Source of the DNA: Somniosus microcephalus
Taxonomy: Eukaryota
NCBI GenBank assembly: GCA_052327205.1
Contig: CM126231.1
Span: forward strand, 17,236,001 to 17,300,000
Reading direction: 5' to 3'
Length of the DNA: 64,000 nucleotides
Shown: piece after piece, positions 25,238 to 40,400 of the stretch
Position numbering within the stretch: the stretch's first letter is position 1
Layout of the letters: the number at the start of each line of letters is the position of its first letter
Notes under the pieces: generated by a model
Database searches by the model: none
What the model was told of the DNA's origin: nothing
The model's input: only the letters and a program-made list of their open reading frames with translations
Program-made: the position numbers and the translations under genes

Positions 25238-27837
25238 GTAGGTTTCCAGCTCCGCTTCTGTCTTTCCTCCTCTTCACAGTCGGTCGGCCCTGTTACGCTT
25301 TTATTTTTATCTTTAGTTTGCATTTTCTGGCTTCTGTTAGTGCCTGCTATCACAGTTGAACAATACAAAAGGGAGCTTTAAGAGCAAAAAAGACCCAAGG
25401 AATTGAGCATGATGTTCGGAAGTACTAGGCGACCTGCAAATTGGTAGAAAGTACAGCTACGAACCGGACAGCCGCAGTGATTAGACATGTATCGTGCCTT
25501 TGGGCAAGGCACTTAGCTACATCGAACCCAAGGGAAGCTGAATGGGGGAGCTTTGAACCAAAGGCTTTAACTTGACACAACCCTTGCATTTACTTGGCAG
25601 TGATTGATTGCTTTTCTTTTTCTTATTGCGTGCACCCCCTCCCCCCCCCCCCCCCCGCAACACACACACACACACACATCCTGTTTCCCCCTCCCCCTAA
25701 CCCCCCCAGCCACACAAACAATGCTATGCACTGAGACGCTGCATACAGTTTGATTAATATTCACGCATGTTTCAGCAGTGACCAGTGGTGCTATGTCGTG
25801 CATGAGTACAGTCACAATACAAACCAGTTGTGCCAAAATAGGTGGTGTGATCTCAAAACTGTTGGGATTCAGTTGAGGTCAGAATTGAAGTTTTTCTTTC
25901 CATGACCACCAGCTCGTTGAAGCCAGTAGTGTAGGGTCTTTGATTGGTTTCCTCTGAAGAATGATGCTGACCATATAACAGGAGCTAATTGTCTTCAGGT
26001 AGCGTCCAGGCAGTGGGTTGTGCTCCATTTTGTTTCTTCACTTCTTTTGTACTGCCCTGCTTCGTATACTCGTCCTTCAGCTGGGACAGTGGCCTAGGTG
26101 CAGACCACCCCTCAGTGGAAGTCGATGGGCATTTATAACGCAGGAGGGGGGGGGGTTAACACGGTGAGATAAGCCTTAGCTATCCCCTCTCCCGACACCC
26201 TGAAATGCCCAGCCGCCACCACCAAGTGGTGTGGGAAGAATATCCAAGAGTAAGCCGAGTCTTGATGACGGCAATCGCTGAGGTTGGAACCTGAGCCCTT
26301 GCTGTGAAGCCCAAGGCACTGTCTCTGCCGACACAAACTATCTCGGTCAAGCACACGCCACACGGTGCCACTAAGTAATCAAACCGTACAACTGGCAGAG
26401 ACTGGTTGTTTCATCTGTCTGTGTCATTACCAACTGGGCAACTTAAATGAAATTAATCATTTCATCTCCTGCTAACACGGCTGTGAAGGTTTTCAGTAGC
26501 GGTTGAAAGAAATATTACCTGCCGCAACCAGAGCAATGTTTCAGCTTTTCGTGGTGTGATATTTAAATGGCTGTCACAATAGAAGGGGACCTTTTGTCTC
26601 TCTTACCGTCACTCATTTCAGAATCGTCGCTGGCTCCTATCTGTTGGTACTTGTTTTATTAGCTCATCGTACCAGTCAGGCACATTCCGTGGCACCACGC
26701 ACTCATGGCTGGTATTGTCCAGAGCATTTCTTGGAATCAGTACGGATATTATGTTTGAGTGTTATGGTCGTCTGCCCTTAGTGTCTGTTAAACTCGAGCT
26801 GCCAACTGGATACTGTATTTACACGTGTTGTTACTGCAGCACCCCCTGTATTTGGAAAATCCAGGGCATCGGTAGTCAACCTGAGCAGCCGACTTTCAGA
26901 TGTGTTTGGTTTGCATTGAGGTTTTTCTTTCGACAAGGGAGGGTGAAACAGGGAGGAGAGAGTTGCTCACTAAAAGGATTAATGCTATGTTATTTTATAA
27001 ACAGTTGCATTAAAAGCAAGTTGCAATACTTTTTCATCTTCCACAACCAACTCCTTTGCATAAATGGAACTGGGACAGTAAAGTTAGTAAGTTCCAAAGA
27101 GATCTTTCACCAATTCTTTCGATTTGGCACCAATATACCGCACTCTGGAGCAGGGAAATGTAGCTTTAGTCTCGGGTGCTGCTGTAGGGAGGCACCCCAC
27201 ACCGGCCAGTGGTCTCGCTCCCCAAGATGGACAGGATATTGGACCAAGCATGGCTACTGGACCACTGTCAGCCTCCTCCTGTTGAGTGATACTGGCAGGA
27301 AGTTGGGAGTATTTGAGCCAGCCAGCTGATGCGTGGCCGGGCCAGACCTGTTCAGAAAGGAAAGTTAGCAACATTTTGTGCGGTCAAATATATACGTTGT
27401 TTAGGCATAAGCTGCAGTATTTGCTGGGATTTCAGTTGTATTTAAGAGTACAACCTCTGTCTGCTCTTTCTCCATTAATTGAGGGCAGCACTGGGGTAAG
27501 AGAAATTCAATCATTAATATCCACCAAGACCTCACTGTTGGCAGCTGAAAAGGTTTTGGCTCTGAGCCCATCACTACAATGCAAGTGAATAGACCAATCA
27601 CAGTAGGGGCCATTAACTTTGTTCAGTTCCAAGATCCCTAATTGTTTCATATTGACGGCGCGAGGGGAGACTGGACCTGCTTGGACGTCACAGTGGTTGT
27701 TGTTGCTTTGCAACAAATGTGATTTTACTGCACCAATTGCCCAGGGGTTGACCAGGTTAACTTTTTCAGTGCTATATTTGAGAGCCACTGACCTTCCATA
27801 CTATTGAGAGAGGCTTACAGGCTCCTCTTTGCTGTTT

Positions 27838-28150
27838 ATTCATTCATGGGATGTGGGTGTCGCTGGCAAGGCCAGCATTTGTTGCCCTTGAGAAGGTGGT
27901 GGTGAGCCGCCGCCTTGAACCGCTGCAGTCCGTGTGGTGAAGGTACTCCCACAGTGCTGTTGGGCGGGCGGGGAGTTCCAGGATTTTGACCCAGCGACGA
28001 TGAAGGAACGGCCAATATATGTCCAAGTCGGGATGGTGTGTGAATTGGAGGGGAACTTGGAGGTGATGGTGTTCCCATGCGCCTGCTGCCCTTGTCCTTT
28101 TAGGTGATGGAGGTGCTGCTGAAGAAGTCTTGACAAGTTGCTGCAGTGCA
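27838..28150 (-). mobile_element. LINE 3'-end fragment
   Basis: Second, longer copy of the 23068 element. Minus-strand translation shows SKSWNS, resembling a LINE ORF2 C-terminal motif. Confidence 0.7.
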
Positions 28151-29275
28151 GAAGAGCATTCTCTCCATCAAAAGTAGTTGAGCCTCATGTACCAATAATA
28201 TCATCCACTTGATGCAGGTTTTAAAAAAAATGTATAGTTTGATGCAATTTGTACAACGCTTCCTGTGAAGTTCCATGTACTTCTCAGTATTGGTAGGACA
28301 TTGAAGGGGTTGGCTTGACGATTATGATTGAGCAACACAAATGGTCTGGTTTCTTCTTCCTGTTGATGTCTACCAAGGGGCTTGAGAGCACTTTGCAGCA
28401 GCAAAGTATCATTCATCTTCTCAACCAGAAATCATCCCCAAAATAGGAATATTGTGGCAAAAATCTCCAAATCCATGAATAGCTTTTTTTACTCTGCTGT
28501 ACGGGACCTTATTTCGATATTAGAAAGCAAATAAGTGAGGAAGTACAGCTAAGGTTTAAAGGGAGTTGGAAAATGTTGGGGACGGATAAGTGGATGTTAG
28601 TACAAAAAAGATAGTCTTCCCAAAGTCTGGATTCCACCCATTCCCAATTTTTTTCCATTTAGAATGCAATCCTTTCCATGAACGGGGCACTTTACCCCAG
28701 TTAATGTCCCTGCTTGTAGAGAATTCCTGGCTTTTTCTGCCCACCTGACTGGGTCTAGCGTGAGGAGTATGTAATCCACAGTTTGTCAGGAAAGAGAATC
28801 CATTTCGCATAACTTGTGTGAAGCAGCAAGGTGTGCTAAGTGTTAAAAACCAAAACCCTGAGTTTAGTTTCTGCACCGATAATACACGTCCGGTCCGTCA
28901 GTATTTGTAAGAGAAGGTTTGCATGTCGGACCTTTGAACAGAACTCAACTCTGACCAAGAGGCTCTCCCAGAGGACTAACAACCTTTTTCTTTACAGATG
29001 CCATGTATTTCCATCAGTTTTTATTTCAGTTTCCAGTTTTCTTTTGATCCTAATCTATCGACACTTCTGTGAATAAATATTGGACAGTACTTGGTTGGAA
29101 GGGATTACAAGGCAATAATTTAAAACAGCAAGTTTGGTTTATCATTGGCAGATTGAATTATTACTTTGCTTTGACTGCCAGAATCACGCTGTTCACAATA
29201 CGTATTGTGCATCGTTATTTACTATTGGTTTCGAACTATTTTTGCTGATCTAGTTCAACGAGATTGAGCAGGCAG

Positions 29276-29734
29276 GAAAGAAAGACTTGCATTTATACAG
29301 CGCCTTTCACGACCTCAGGACGTCCCAAAGCGCTTTACAGCCAATGAAGTACTTTTTGAAGTGTAGTCACAGTTGTAATGTAGGAAACGCGGCAGCCAAT
29401 TTGTGCACAGCAAGCTCCCACAAACAGTAATGTGATAATCTGTTTTAGTGATGTTGGTTGAGGGATAAATATTGGCCCCAGGACACCAGGGATAACTCCC
29501 CTGCTCTTCTTCGAAATAGTGGCCATGGGATCTTTTATATCCACCTGAGAGAGCAGATGGGGCCTGGGTTTAACATCTCATCCCAAAGATGGCATCTCCG
29601 ACAGTGCAGCACTCCCTCAGCACTGCACTGCAGTGTCAGCCTAGATTATGCACTCAAGACTCTGGAGTGGGACTTGAACCCACAACCTCCTGACTCGGAG
29701 GCGGGGGTGCTGCCCACTTGAGCCACAGCTGACA
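29276..29734 (-). mobile_element. Full-length tRNA-derived SINE (DeuSINE/SacSINE1-like)
   Basis: Collinear with 5693-6150, with reverse A and B boxes at the right end. Confidence 0.8.
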
Positions 29735-30249
29735 GGGACATGGATACAAGGGTGATTTGTCGGTAAAAGTAGCACAGGACCTGAAGGTTTAATGCATTAC
29801 TGATGCTTATTATGAACATTTTTTTCTATCAATAAATAATAAAGAACTGAGCATAATACTATGTGTTGTTGTTGCTGCAGCCCTGCATTATGCTGCCCAA
29901 TAGGATTTTTGGTCATATAATTGGGCTGGCAGTTTAACAAAAGTTCAGTCACCTTCTGTCCCCTGCCCCACACACAACCTTCTGCCACCATCTTCAGCAA
30001 AATCCAGTTATAAAATGACCAGCATACACCCTCGGTGGTGGCACTGAGTCGAAAGAAGCACGTCACAGAGTGTGATGGCAGAGTGGAAGGACGGGTTGGT
30101 TTATTGAGAGGTGACTGTACATTTTGTAACTTAACTGGCAGGCACTACAGTGCCCACAACGTCTGCCCAAAGCCATTAGTCAGGGACGAGAAGAATTGGG
30201 AGCGGGAAGTGTTCTTGCGTGATATTTCTGATTTTGTTGGGTCCTATGG

Positions 30250-30493
30250 ATATAAGAATTAGGAGCAGGAGTATGTCATTCAACCCTTCGCGCCTGCTCC
30301 GCCATTCAAAGCCCTATCCCCATATCCCTTGATTCCCTTAATATCCAAAAATCTACCAATCTGAAAACTGAGCCTCCACAGCCCTCTGGGGTAGAGAATT
30401 CCAAAGATTCACCACCCTCTGAGTGAAGAAATTTCTCCTCATCTCAGTCCTAAATGGCCGACCTCTTATTCTGAGACTGACCCCTGGTTCTAA
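30250..30493 (-). mobile_element. CR1 LINE 3' fragment with internal deletions
   Basis: Matches 48712-49015. Confidence 0.75.
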
Positions 30494-33400
30494 GACGGAA
30501 AGTTACCGATGCTTCCAAAGTCTACGGAGCAAAAATTCCTCCCGTCAAAAATGTTGTTGAAAAACTGGTCACAATTACAATATTCTCAACTGGAGGAATT
30601 TTGCCCCTTCATATTTCAACCGTCTGTCGCTCAAACATGAGTAGTATTGTGCATGTCAGAAACACTCTGCATTTGTTGTGGCTGGGACTGAGTTGTGCAA
30701 TTCTGGGAAATCTTTATAGGGTACAAGACATAGTAATAAATCCCACTCGGCCCATACATCCAGCTAGTCAATCCAAGCTCGCGCTCAATCCAAAGAAGAA
30801 GTGTACATTCAAGGACCCATTTCACAAACATTCACTTCTCCATTTATGTTAAACATTAGTAATTAACACTTTTATACGCAAGAAAGATCCAAAGAAATTA
30901 AATATTCATGGCACTGATGCAAGCCATTCAAGGGGTTGCAAAATTTAAAAACGGAATTAATAAGCAGCCAATTTAGCTGAGTTACTAAAAACTACAATAT
31001 TCAAATCTCAGACAATTGAAGGTTTGGCACCATTCTTTACTAGATTTATTATAGATGTATTGAGCAATAGGGGAAAATTGGTTCTAATAACTTAACAGCA
31101 TTAAAGGGAGCCGAACGCCCAATTTGAGAAGCAAAGATGAACGGCTCTCACATTCTGAGCAATTGGAATCACCCTGTGCTCTACTAGTTGTTGTCCTAAT
31201 GACTGAGATCCTGAGAATGTCACCGGTCGAGCAAGTTGCCCATTGACACCTAAGCAACCAGCTCTCTCCTCCCCACCCCGGTGAGATTACGATGGCTGAC
31301 CACAGGTAGGCTAGCTTTTAACCTGGAGAGCGTTAATTTACCAGGTGCTGCCCTGCTCCAGAACTGTTATAATATACTGGAGTATTTCAGGAGTGGCAGT
31401 TTGGAGGAACCATTAGCACTTCTAGTAGATCATAAAACCAATCCATTTGTTTAAAATGTTGGATTAGGCCTCACTGGTCCCGGTGGAAGATGCAAGTTAA
31501 TTTGTGAAGGAGCTCACTGACATTGATGTATTCCATGTTGGCCCCGCATTTGTGGTAATGAGATTGGGCTCCAATGTTTTGGCTATTTACATAGAAAATG
31601 ACAGACAAGACCCTTAGTCTGCTGTAGAATCAACTCCCACATGGTCACACCAAGTAACCAAGCTCTTAGTTTCAATAGCCTCCCTCAACAAATTGTGACA
31701 CGGCCGATGATGACTATATTAGATGAGGGCCCACTGGCACTCATAGTAGATTCAAGACGTTTCTGTGGCTATTATGTCACGGTCATTTTTTAAAGTCTAT
31801 GTATTGCATGTTGTTGCAAGAGTCCTTCGTTATGCTGCCTAATAGGGTTTTGGTCGTATAATTTGGTTGGCAGTTTAACTGGTTCTGCCACATTTCCCTC
31901 CCTGCAGCACAGTTAATTTTTAACTAGTAGTTTGGTTTGGTGAGCTAGACCATGGTATTGAGAAACAGGAATTGATAATTGGGTGCAAGAAGTGAACGGT
32001 TATAACACTGATTGGAACTCCCACAAGTATTTGGATCCAAGGTGGAGAAGAAGAAAGCCACAAAGATGTGACGTCTCTTATTGGTGTAGCATGCACTCGT
32101 CTGTCTGCGTATAGTCATATAGGCCCAGAAAACTGTCAATGAGGAGCTACATCATCCCACGTGGAGGATAGGTTGGTGTGACAGCACAGATTCAACGTGC
32201 TGCCACTGTAACAAAGGGGCATGGTCAGTACTGGGAAAGCAGAAATGCAAATCCGCCGTGATGTTTCTTCCCAAAGCCCCAGTAAAGATTATTTGTGGGG
32301 TGGGGGGAAGGAGGAGATTGAAAAGTACAGTCATTCTGTTGCCCTCTCCTGAAAGAGTGATTCGGGAGGTACGGTTCCAAAGGCACCAGTGGCCCTTCAG
32401 TACCTCCTTTGCACACCTGCTTATTCTAAAGCCCTCACCTGTATCTTCCACCACCTTATTGCAATACTTCAACTAAATTACACTGTTGGCAAATGCAACT
32501 TGCCAGCTTGGAAGCCGAGGGAAGTCTGGATGATGTAGTACCTTTTAAAATGCACAATGTCTGTGCAAAGCACTTTTATGCATTTAAGTGTCCACAGTGT
32601 AAGGAGTTAAGACTATTATGACCCAGCGGTACCATTTTATTCGCAGGTTTTTGATGCAGCAAAGCACTGTATTCCTTCTAAACATTTTGCATGTTGCAGG
32701 TTTGCACTGTAAAGTATTCATTGTGCCGTGATTCCTAGGGAGGTGCAACCATTCCCCAATTGCCCTTTGTTTGCAAATGCTGAAACATCTCAAAGAGCCT
32801 CTGCAATTATTGGGCCTCAAACCATCCACTTCCATCCTGTGCCTTCTCCAAACCAAATCCAGTGCAGGGACTGTGTGCTCGCCGTGCCCCCTCAGATAAC
32901 GTTGAATTGGCATTGCTGTCTGTCACAATGTGCCACGCTCAACATTGAGTATTCAGCAGAAACATTGCACTCCCTAACTTACTCGTGAGCTGAGCACGGT
33001 GACTGTGATGTGAAGGGGCCTGTGCTCTGTTGTCTTATCTAGAAACGGTCTTTTAATTGATACTATCCTTTTCTTTCTCAAAAAGCAGGAATGGTTTAAA
33101 GCATTTGTATGTTTTATTGAGAGTATTTTCCATAATATCTGCTTCTGGGGATTAATCCACTCTTTTTTTTATTTCTTTACACTTTTATCCCTATGCCAGT
33201 TGAACATGATTTGGTTTTCCTTCTCTCGATTTGACTTCAGTTTCTTCTGCGCACCTTGGTTTCTGGAGGAGCTGTGCCAGAACAGCCTAGTCATTTCCTC
33301 CATCATTAATTGGCAAATGTCTTGAGGATTGAAAAGTTAATTGATTTGTTGCTCGCCTCTGTGTCAGCAATCGTTGCCTGACAGTGAAGGGGGTGCAGCG

Positions 33401-34679
33401 GATGTGAAGGGCATGAGCCAGGCACGGATCCGCACCCTCGAATTGCCCATTCTGTGAGGCGGAAAGTTTGGAGCGGAGGTGCACGATGCTTCCCCGCAGA
33501 GCGAGGGAAAGAAAGGAAGAGGGCGAGTCGAATCGAGGCGCTCTTGCGCAAGCTTGGCAGGGAAGGAGTTAAAAGGGGATAAATTACTTTATAAAAGAAA
33601 ATTGAAGGGAGGAGGGCAAGTGAGAGAGAAATGGAGACAGCTCTAAGTGTCTCGTTGCAACAACTGTGGATTAATCCCTGGTTTTAAAGGTGTGCAGAAT
33701 ACATTAATGACACTAATGCTCCGGTGACTGGTTTCAGAGAAGTGTAACGTTAACACACAACACAGCAACAATTCCATATGGAAGCACAGAGAGAGTCATA
33801 AAGGTACACACTGCAGCATTCAGGTCCATCCTTACATTCTGCATGACCTTCTATCCTTTACATAAAAACCCTTATTTGAACAAGTCCTTTGCTCATCCAT
33901 TTTGTTACGAGGATTATTGTTTGTTTTTAGCTTGGCGTTACAGGGAGGGGCAAAAAAGAAAGCTGTTTAGGGCACAGTATTGTTCACCTGTGTGGTAGGG
34001 GTTTTTTACATTCTACCTACAGTCTTGGTTTCTCTCTTGCTTCCTTTCGACAGCACTCTGCCCTGTACTGTCCCCTCCCCTTTTTTTTTTTTAAGTTTGC
34101 CGTTAGTGTAACCCAGCTGTGCTTCGCTATCCCATCGATTGGTCTGCTGGAGGGATGATGGCAAAACCAAGTGGACATGCATTCTGGGTCTAAAAACTGA
34201 ATCTGTCTAATTGTGCACTGAGAGGTCCGAGGCACCCGACGAGAACCTTCGGCTCCTACAGCGAAGTGCACCTTGCCATGATGATACTTTACCAGAGAAC
34301 TGGGTTTTATAAATAATCAGCTTGCACCGATAACGCCTGCCTCGGCACTTTTAATCTTGAGTTGGGGAATTGAGGTATATGTCTGATGAGTTTCACCTCG
34401 CTGCACAGTCGGGGAGAAGGTTAGACATGGCAACAGCAAAACAACGAAAACCGTAGCCTTTAGGTGTTTTTTTTTTACCCAGTGGCTTTCACCAAATGTG
34501 TAGGGAAAATTACAGAAGAGAAGGTTTTTAAAAATAGTCAAGGGCCCATTTGACAACTTCCTAGCAGGATTGTTGCTGGCACCACTCTGAGAAAGCAACG
34601 TGGATTTAAGTTATTTATCGGTTGAGTAGAGAATCCTCTTTTTTATGAAGTTATGTTTTCCCTCCACCCCCCTTCTACC

Positions 34680-35122
34680 TTCCCAGGCTACAGCCCGAGA
34701 GGCTGGTCTCTTCCCAGGCTACAGCCCGAGAGGCTGGTCTCTTCCCAGGCTACAGCCCGAGAGGCTGGTCTCTTCCCAGGCTACAGCCCGAGAGGCTGGT
34801 CTCTTCCCAGGCTACAGCCCGAGAGGCTGGTCTCTTCCCAGGCTACAGCCCGAGAGGCTGGTCTCTTCCCAGGCTACAGCCCGAGAGGCTGGTCTCTTCC
34901 CAGGCTACAGCCCGAGAGGCTGGTCTCTTCCCAGGCTACAGCCCGAGAGGCTGGTCTCTTCCCAGGCTACAGCCCGAGAGGCGGGTCTCTTCCCAGGCTA
35001 CAGCCCGAGAGGCGGGTCTCTTCCCAGGCTACAGCCCGAGAGGCGGGTCTCTTCCCAGGCTACAGCCCGAGAGGCGGGTCTCTTCCCAGGCTACAGCCCG
35101 AGAGGCTGGTCTCTTCCCAGGC
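34680..35122. repeat. Minisatellite, 31-bp unit (tcccaggctacagcccgagaggcKggtctct), about 14 copies
   Basis: Near-perfect tandem copies. The T>G variant is confined to four adjacent late units. Confidence 0.97.
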
Positions 35123-35154
35123 CATTGCTTTTCAGCCAAATGCCAATAAAGCAG

Positions 35155-35535
35155 AAAATGAGGGATAAGGGACTTCAGTTTTCTGGAGAGACTAGAGAAG
35201 CTGGGGTTGTTCTCTTTCGAGCAGAGAAGGTTAAGGGGAGATTTATTAGAAGTGTTCAAAATTATGAAGGGTTTTGATAGAGTAAATAAGGAACAACTGT
35301 TTCCACTGGCAGGAGGGTCGGTAACCAGAGGACACAGAATTAAGATAATTGGCATATGATCTGGAATGCTCTGCCTGAAAGGGTGGTGGAAGCAGATTCA
35401 ATAGTCTCTTTCAAAAGTAAAATAGATACAGACTTGAAAAGGAAAAATTTGCAGGGCTATGGAGAAAGAGCGGGGAGTGGGACTAATTGGAGAGCTCTTT
35501 CAAAGAGCCGGCACAGGCTGTGAGATTCTATGATG
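35155..35535 (+). mobile_element. CR1 LINE 3' fragment
   Basis: RLEKLGLFS-like coding remnant. The 3' UTR matches 43430-43632. Confidence 0.8.
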
Positions 35536-37440
35536 CTTCTTCCTCTGATTGTGGCTAAAGTACAGGCACAGTATCTTGTTAACCTAATGAACTGATGAGT
35601 CTCCTGTTTAGAAAATGTTTCAGAGTTGAGATGACCTGTCACAGATATCCTCACACGTGCCTTTATGACCAGTCACTTCATGAGGAGCACTGCTTCTGGG
35701 GAAGGTCATTCAGCTAGAGAATGGGACAAAGTGAGGGAAGAGACTTGATGGGAAGGGTGTGGAGTATTTTTCCCAAATGTTCTTAAAATAATTATAGCCC
35801 ACATTAACAAAAATCTTTCAGCGTACAATTGGAACCAATGGGGCATGACATAAAGGTACAAGAACTTGAAATTGCCTTAATCTAGATTTTGGAAGTTCAT
35901 ATCGTAAGCTATTAATAGGCTTGGAATCTTATTTGATAAAGTCTGCGTACAAGATCAGAACCACAACTAGAATGCTTGGAGGTAGTGGTTTTTCCTTTCT
36001 AAGTTAATGGACCCCAAACAGTCCTGTTCAGTCATGCTATATCTCGTGGAATTGCCACGACATTTCCACATTTTAATTTGACCAGTAGTGAACAGAACTT
36101 AAGTGAAACAACAAAGGACATATATTTGGATTTGGGGGGAAATGATGAGATGGTTTTGTTGCTCATGAGGCAATGAATCATTAAAATCTTGAACTCAAAT
36201 GTTTTTCGAACCACAATATATCAAGATTAATTTCCACTGTTCCAAAAAAAATCTCTCAAGCAGAATTGCTCCAAGTTATAGCACCTTTAAATGGAGTAGC
36301 AATGAATGAGTGAACAAGTGCAATGTGAGGTGCATGCAGCGGACAATATTCTCAGGAGAGTCGTCACTCCCTGCTAAAAGGCAGACTGCTGACCATGGTT
36401 TCCCATCATCCCCTCAAGCAGCGTCGTCTTTAAGGATATATTCAGCTTTTTTTTGTCGCATACAAGCACTAATAAGAATATTGGTTGTTCGTGGTAAATT
36501 CAGCATTCCTTGTCATGGGCCCTTGGTGATTGTATTTCAGAGCTGTTAGCAATCATTCCTAAAGAGAAACGTCATATTGTGGCAGGGTTATTCATTCAAG
36601 CCTCCTGCACTTGTGGGCATAACCCCTCTTCCCCAAAGTGCAGGTAAGGATGAGAAAGCCAATCTGAGATCTGCAATCTGGTTTAGTTTCCTTTAAGTCA
36701 TTGCAGACCCATTCAACTCCGTGCCAAAGCTGAGCCTTTTAAAACTTTCCCCAATAGTTTCACTATTCTGAATCGCAAGGCTCGTTTGGACCAGTACTTC
36801 ACTAAATTAAACTGCATTTTCAGATTTAAAAAGCCATGAGCATTAGTTGGGAACCTGTCGAAATAATTAGATTGCAATTGATTGGTATTGATTTAAAAAA
36901 TCGGGAGGCTGAGGCCTGTGTGTGTAACAACTACTGTAAACAGGAACAACAGATACCAGTGTTCAAGACGCAATCACAAGGAGACAGATTTCTAGCTCAC
37001 ATTTTTTGAAAAATATGCAGAAGGAAAATGATCCTTCTCCTAAAATACTTGCATTTATCCAGTCAAGCTGCTAACCCTGACAGTACATTGACTAACTGAA
37101 CCAAAGGTATGGCCCCTAGATACTACCAACTGTTCAGGGCACCTGATGCAGCTCGGTACGCTTACTTCTGATTTCTACCATATAGGCTCTTGAGCAGATG
37201 ATTCTGCAATCGTCCAATTCAAGGCTCTGGTTAGACTTCCTGGTTTAAGCCACTGGCACACACATGGCCTCCTATCCTAGTTGCCATTATGACGTTTTTT
37301 ATTCTTGTTCAAACAAGTTATTTTGCTCTTTACTCACACCTTTTTTTATTGATTTCCTCACTCCACACGCCATCCATGGCCAAAACAGTAGGAGAGTTCC
37401 TACCACATTTCTCACCATGTTGCCCTGCTGTCAGCTTCTG

Positions 37441-40400
37441 GAAGATGCAAAACTATATCCATCCTACACTACAAGAGGCAAAACTATATCCCACCCACAC
37501 TACAACACGAGGCAAAACTATATCCCACCCACACTACAACACTAGGCAAAACTGTATCCCACCCACACTACAACACGAGGGAAAAGTATATCCCACCCAC
37601 ACTACAACACGAGGCAAAACTGTATCCCACCCACACTACAAGAGGCAAAACTATATCCCACCCACACTACAACACGAGGCAAAACTATATCCCACCCACA
37701 CTACAACACGAGGCAAAACTGTATCCCACCCACACTACAAGAGGCAAAACTATATCCCACCCACACTACAACGCGAGGCAAAACTATATCCCACCCACAC
37801 TACAACACGAGGCAAAACTGTATCCCACCCACACTACAACACGAGGCAAAACTGTATCCCACCCACACTACAACACGAGGCAAAACTGTATCCCACCCAC
37901 ACTACAACACGAGGGAAAACTATATCCCACCCACACTACAACACGAGGGAAAACTATATCCCACCCACACTACAACACGAGGCAAAACTGTATCCCACCC
38001 ACACTACAACACGAGGGAAAACTATATCCCACCCACACTACAACACGAGGGAAAACTGTATCCCACCCACACTACAACACGAGGCAAAACTGTATCCCAC
38101 CCACACTACAACACGAGGCAAAACTATATCCCACCCACACTACAACACGAGGCAAAACTATATCCCACCCACACTACAACACGAGGGAAAACTATATCCC
38201 ACCCACACTACAACACGAGGCAAAACTATATCCATCCTACACTACAACACGAGGCAAAACTATATCCCACCCACACTACAACACTAGGCAAAACTGTATC
38301 CCACCCACACTACAACACGAGGGAAAAGTATATCCCACCCACACTACAACACGAGGCAAAACTGTATCCCACCCACACTACAAGAGGCAAAACTATATCC
38401 CACCCACACTACAACACGAGGCAAAACTATATCCCACCCACACCACAACACGAGGCAAAACTGTATCCCACCCACACTACAACACGAGGCAAAACTGTAT
38501 CCCACCCACACTACAAGAGGCAAAACTATATCCCACCCACACTACAACGCGAGGCAAAACTATATCCCACCCACACTACAACACGAGGCAAAACTGTATC
38601 CCACCCACACTACAACACGAGGCAAAACTGTATCCCACCCACACTACAACACGAGGCAAAACTGTATCCCACCCACACTACAACACGAGGGAAAACTATA
38701 TCCCACCCACACTACAACACGAGGGAAAACTATATCCCACCCACACTACAACACGAGGCAAAACTGTATCCCACCCACTACAACACGAGGGAAAACTATA
38801 TCCCACCCACACTACAACACGAGGGAAAACTGTATCCCACCCACACTACAACACGAGGCAAAACTATATCCCACCCACACTACAACACGAGGCAAAACTG
38901 TATCCCACCCACACTACAACACGAGGCAAAACTATATCCCACCCACACTACAACACGAGGCAAAACTATATCCCACCCACACTACAACACGAGGGAAAAC
39001 TGTATCCCACCCACACTACAACACGAGGGAAAACTATATCCCACCCACACAACACGAGGCAAAACTATATCCCACCCACACTACAACACGAGGCAAAACT
39101 ATATCCCACCCACACTACAACACGAGGCAAAACTGTATCCCACCCACACTACAACACGAGGCAAAACTATATCCCACCCACACTACAACACGAGGGAAAA
39201 CTATATCCCACCCACACTACAACACGAGGCAAAACTATATCCCACCCACACTACAACACGAGGCAAAACTGTATCCCACCCACACTACAACACGAGGCAA
39301 AACAGTATCCCACCCACACTACAACACGAGGCAAAACTGTATCCCACCCACACTACAACACGAGGGAAAACTGTATCCCACCCACACTACAACACGAGGC
39401 AAAACTGTATCCCACCCACACTACAACACGAGGCAAAACTGTATCCCACCCACACTACAACACGAGGCAAAACTGTATCCCACCCACACTACAACACGAG
39501 GCAAAACTGTATCCCACCCACACTACAACACGAGGGAAAACTGTATCCCACCCACACTACAACACGAGGGAAAACTATATCCCACCCACACTACAACACG
39601 AGGGAAAACTATATCCCACCCACACTACAACACGAGGGAAAACTATATCTCACCCACACTACAACACGAGGCAAAACTGTATCCCACCCACACTACAACA
39701 CGAGGCAAAACTGTGTCCCACCCACACTACAACACGAGGCAAAACTGTATCCCACCCACACAACACGAGGCAAAACTGTATCCCACCCACACTACAACAC
39801 GAGGCAAAACTGTATCCCACCCACGCTACAACACGAGGCAAAACTATAACCCACCCACACTACAACACGAGGGAAAACTGTATCCCACCCACACTACAAC
39901 ACGAGGCAAAACTGTATCCCACCCACACTACAACACGAGGCAAAACTATATCCCACCCACACTACAACACGAGGGAAAACTGTATCCCACCCACACTACA
40001 ACACGAGGCAAAACTGTATCCCACCCACACTACAACACGAGGCAAAACTATATCCCACCCACACTACAACACGAGGGAAAACTATATCCCACCCACACTA
40101 CAACACGAGGCAAAACTATATCCCACCCACACTACAACACGAGGCAAAACTGTATCCCACCCACACTACAACACGAGGCAAAACAGTATCCCACCCACAC
40201 TACAACACGAGGCAAAACTATATCCCACCCACACTACAACACGAGGGAAAACTGTATCCCACCCACACTACAACATGAGGCAAAACTGTATCCCACCCAC
40301 ACTACAACACGAGGCAAAACTGTATCCCACCCACACTACAACACGAGGCAAAACTGTATCCCACCCACACTACAACACGAGGGAAAACTGTATCCCACCC

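Noticed and set aside
34645-35277. 210-aa and 171-aa repetitive ORFs
   Set aside because: A 31-bp minisatellite running into a CR1 fragment.
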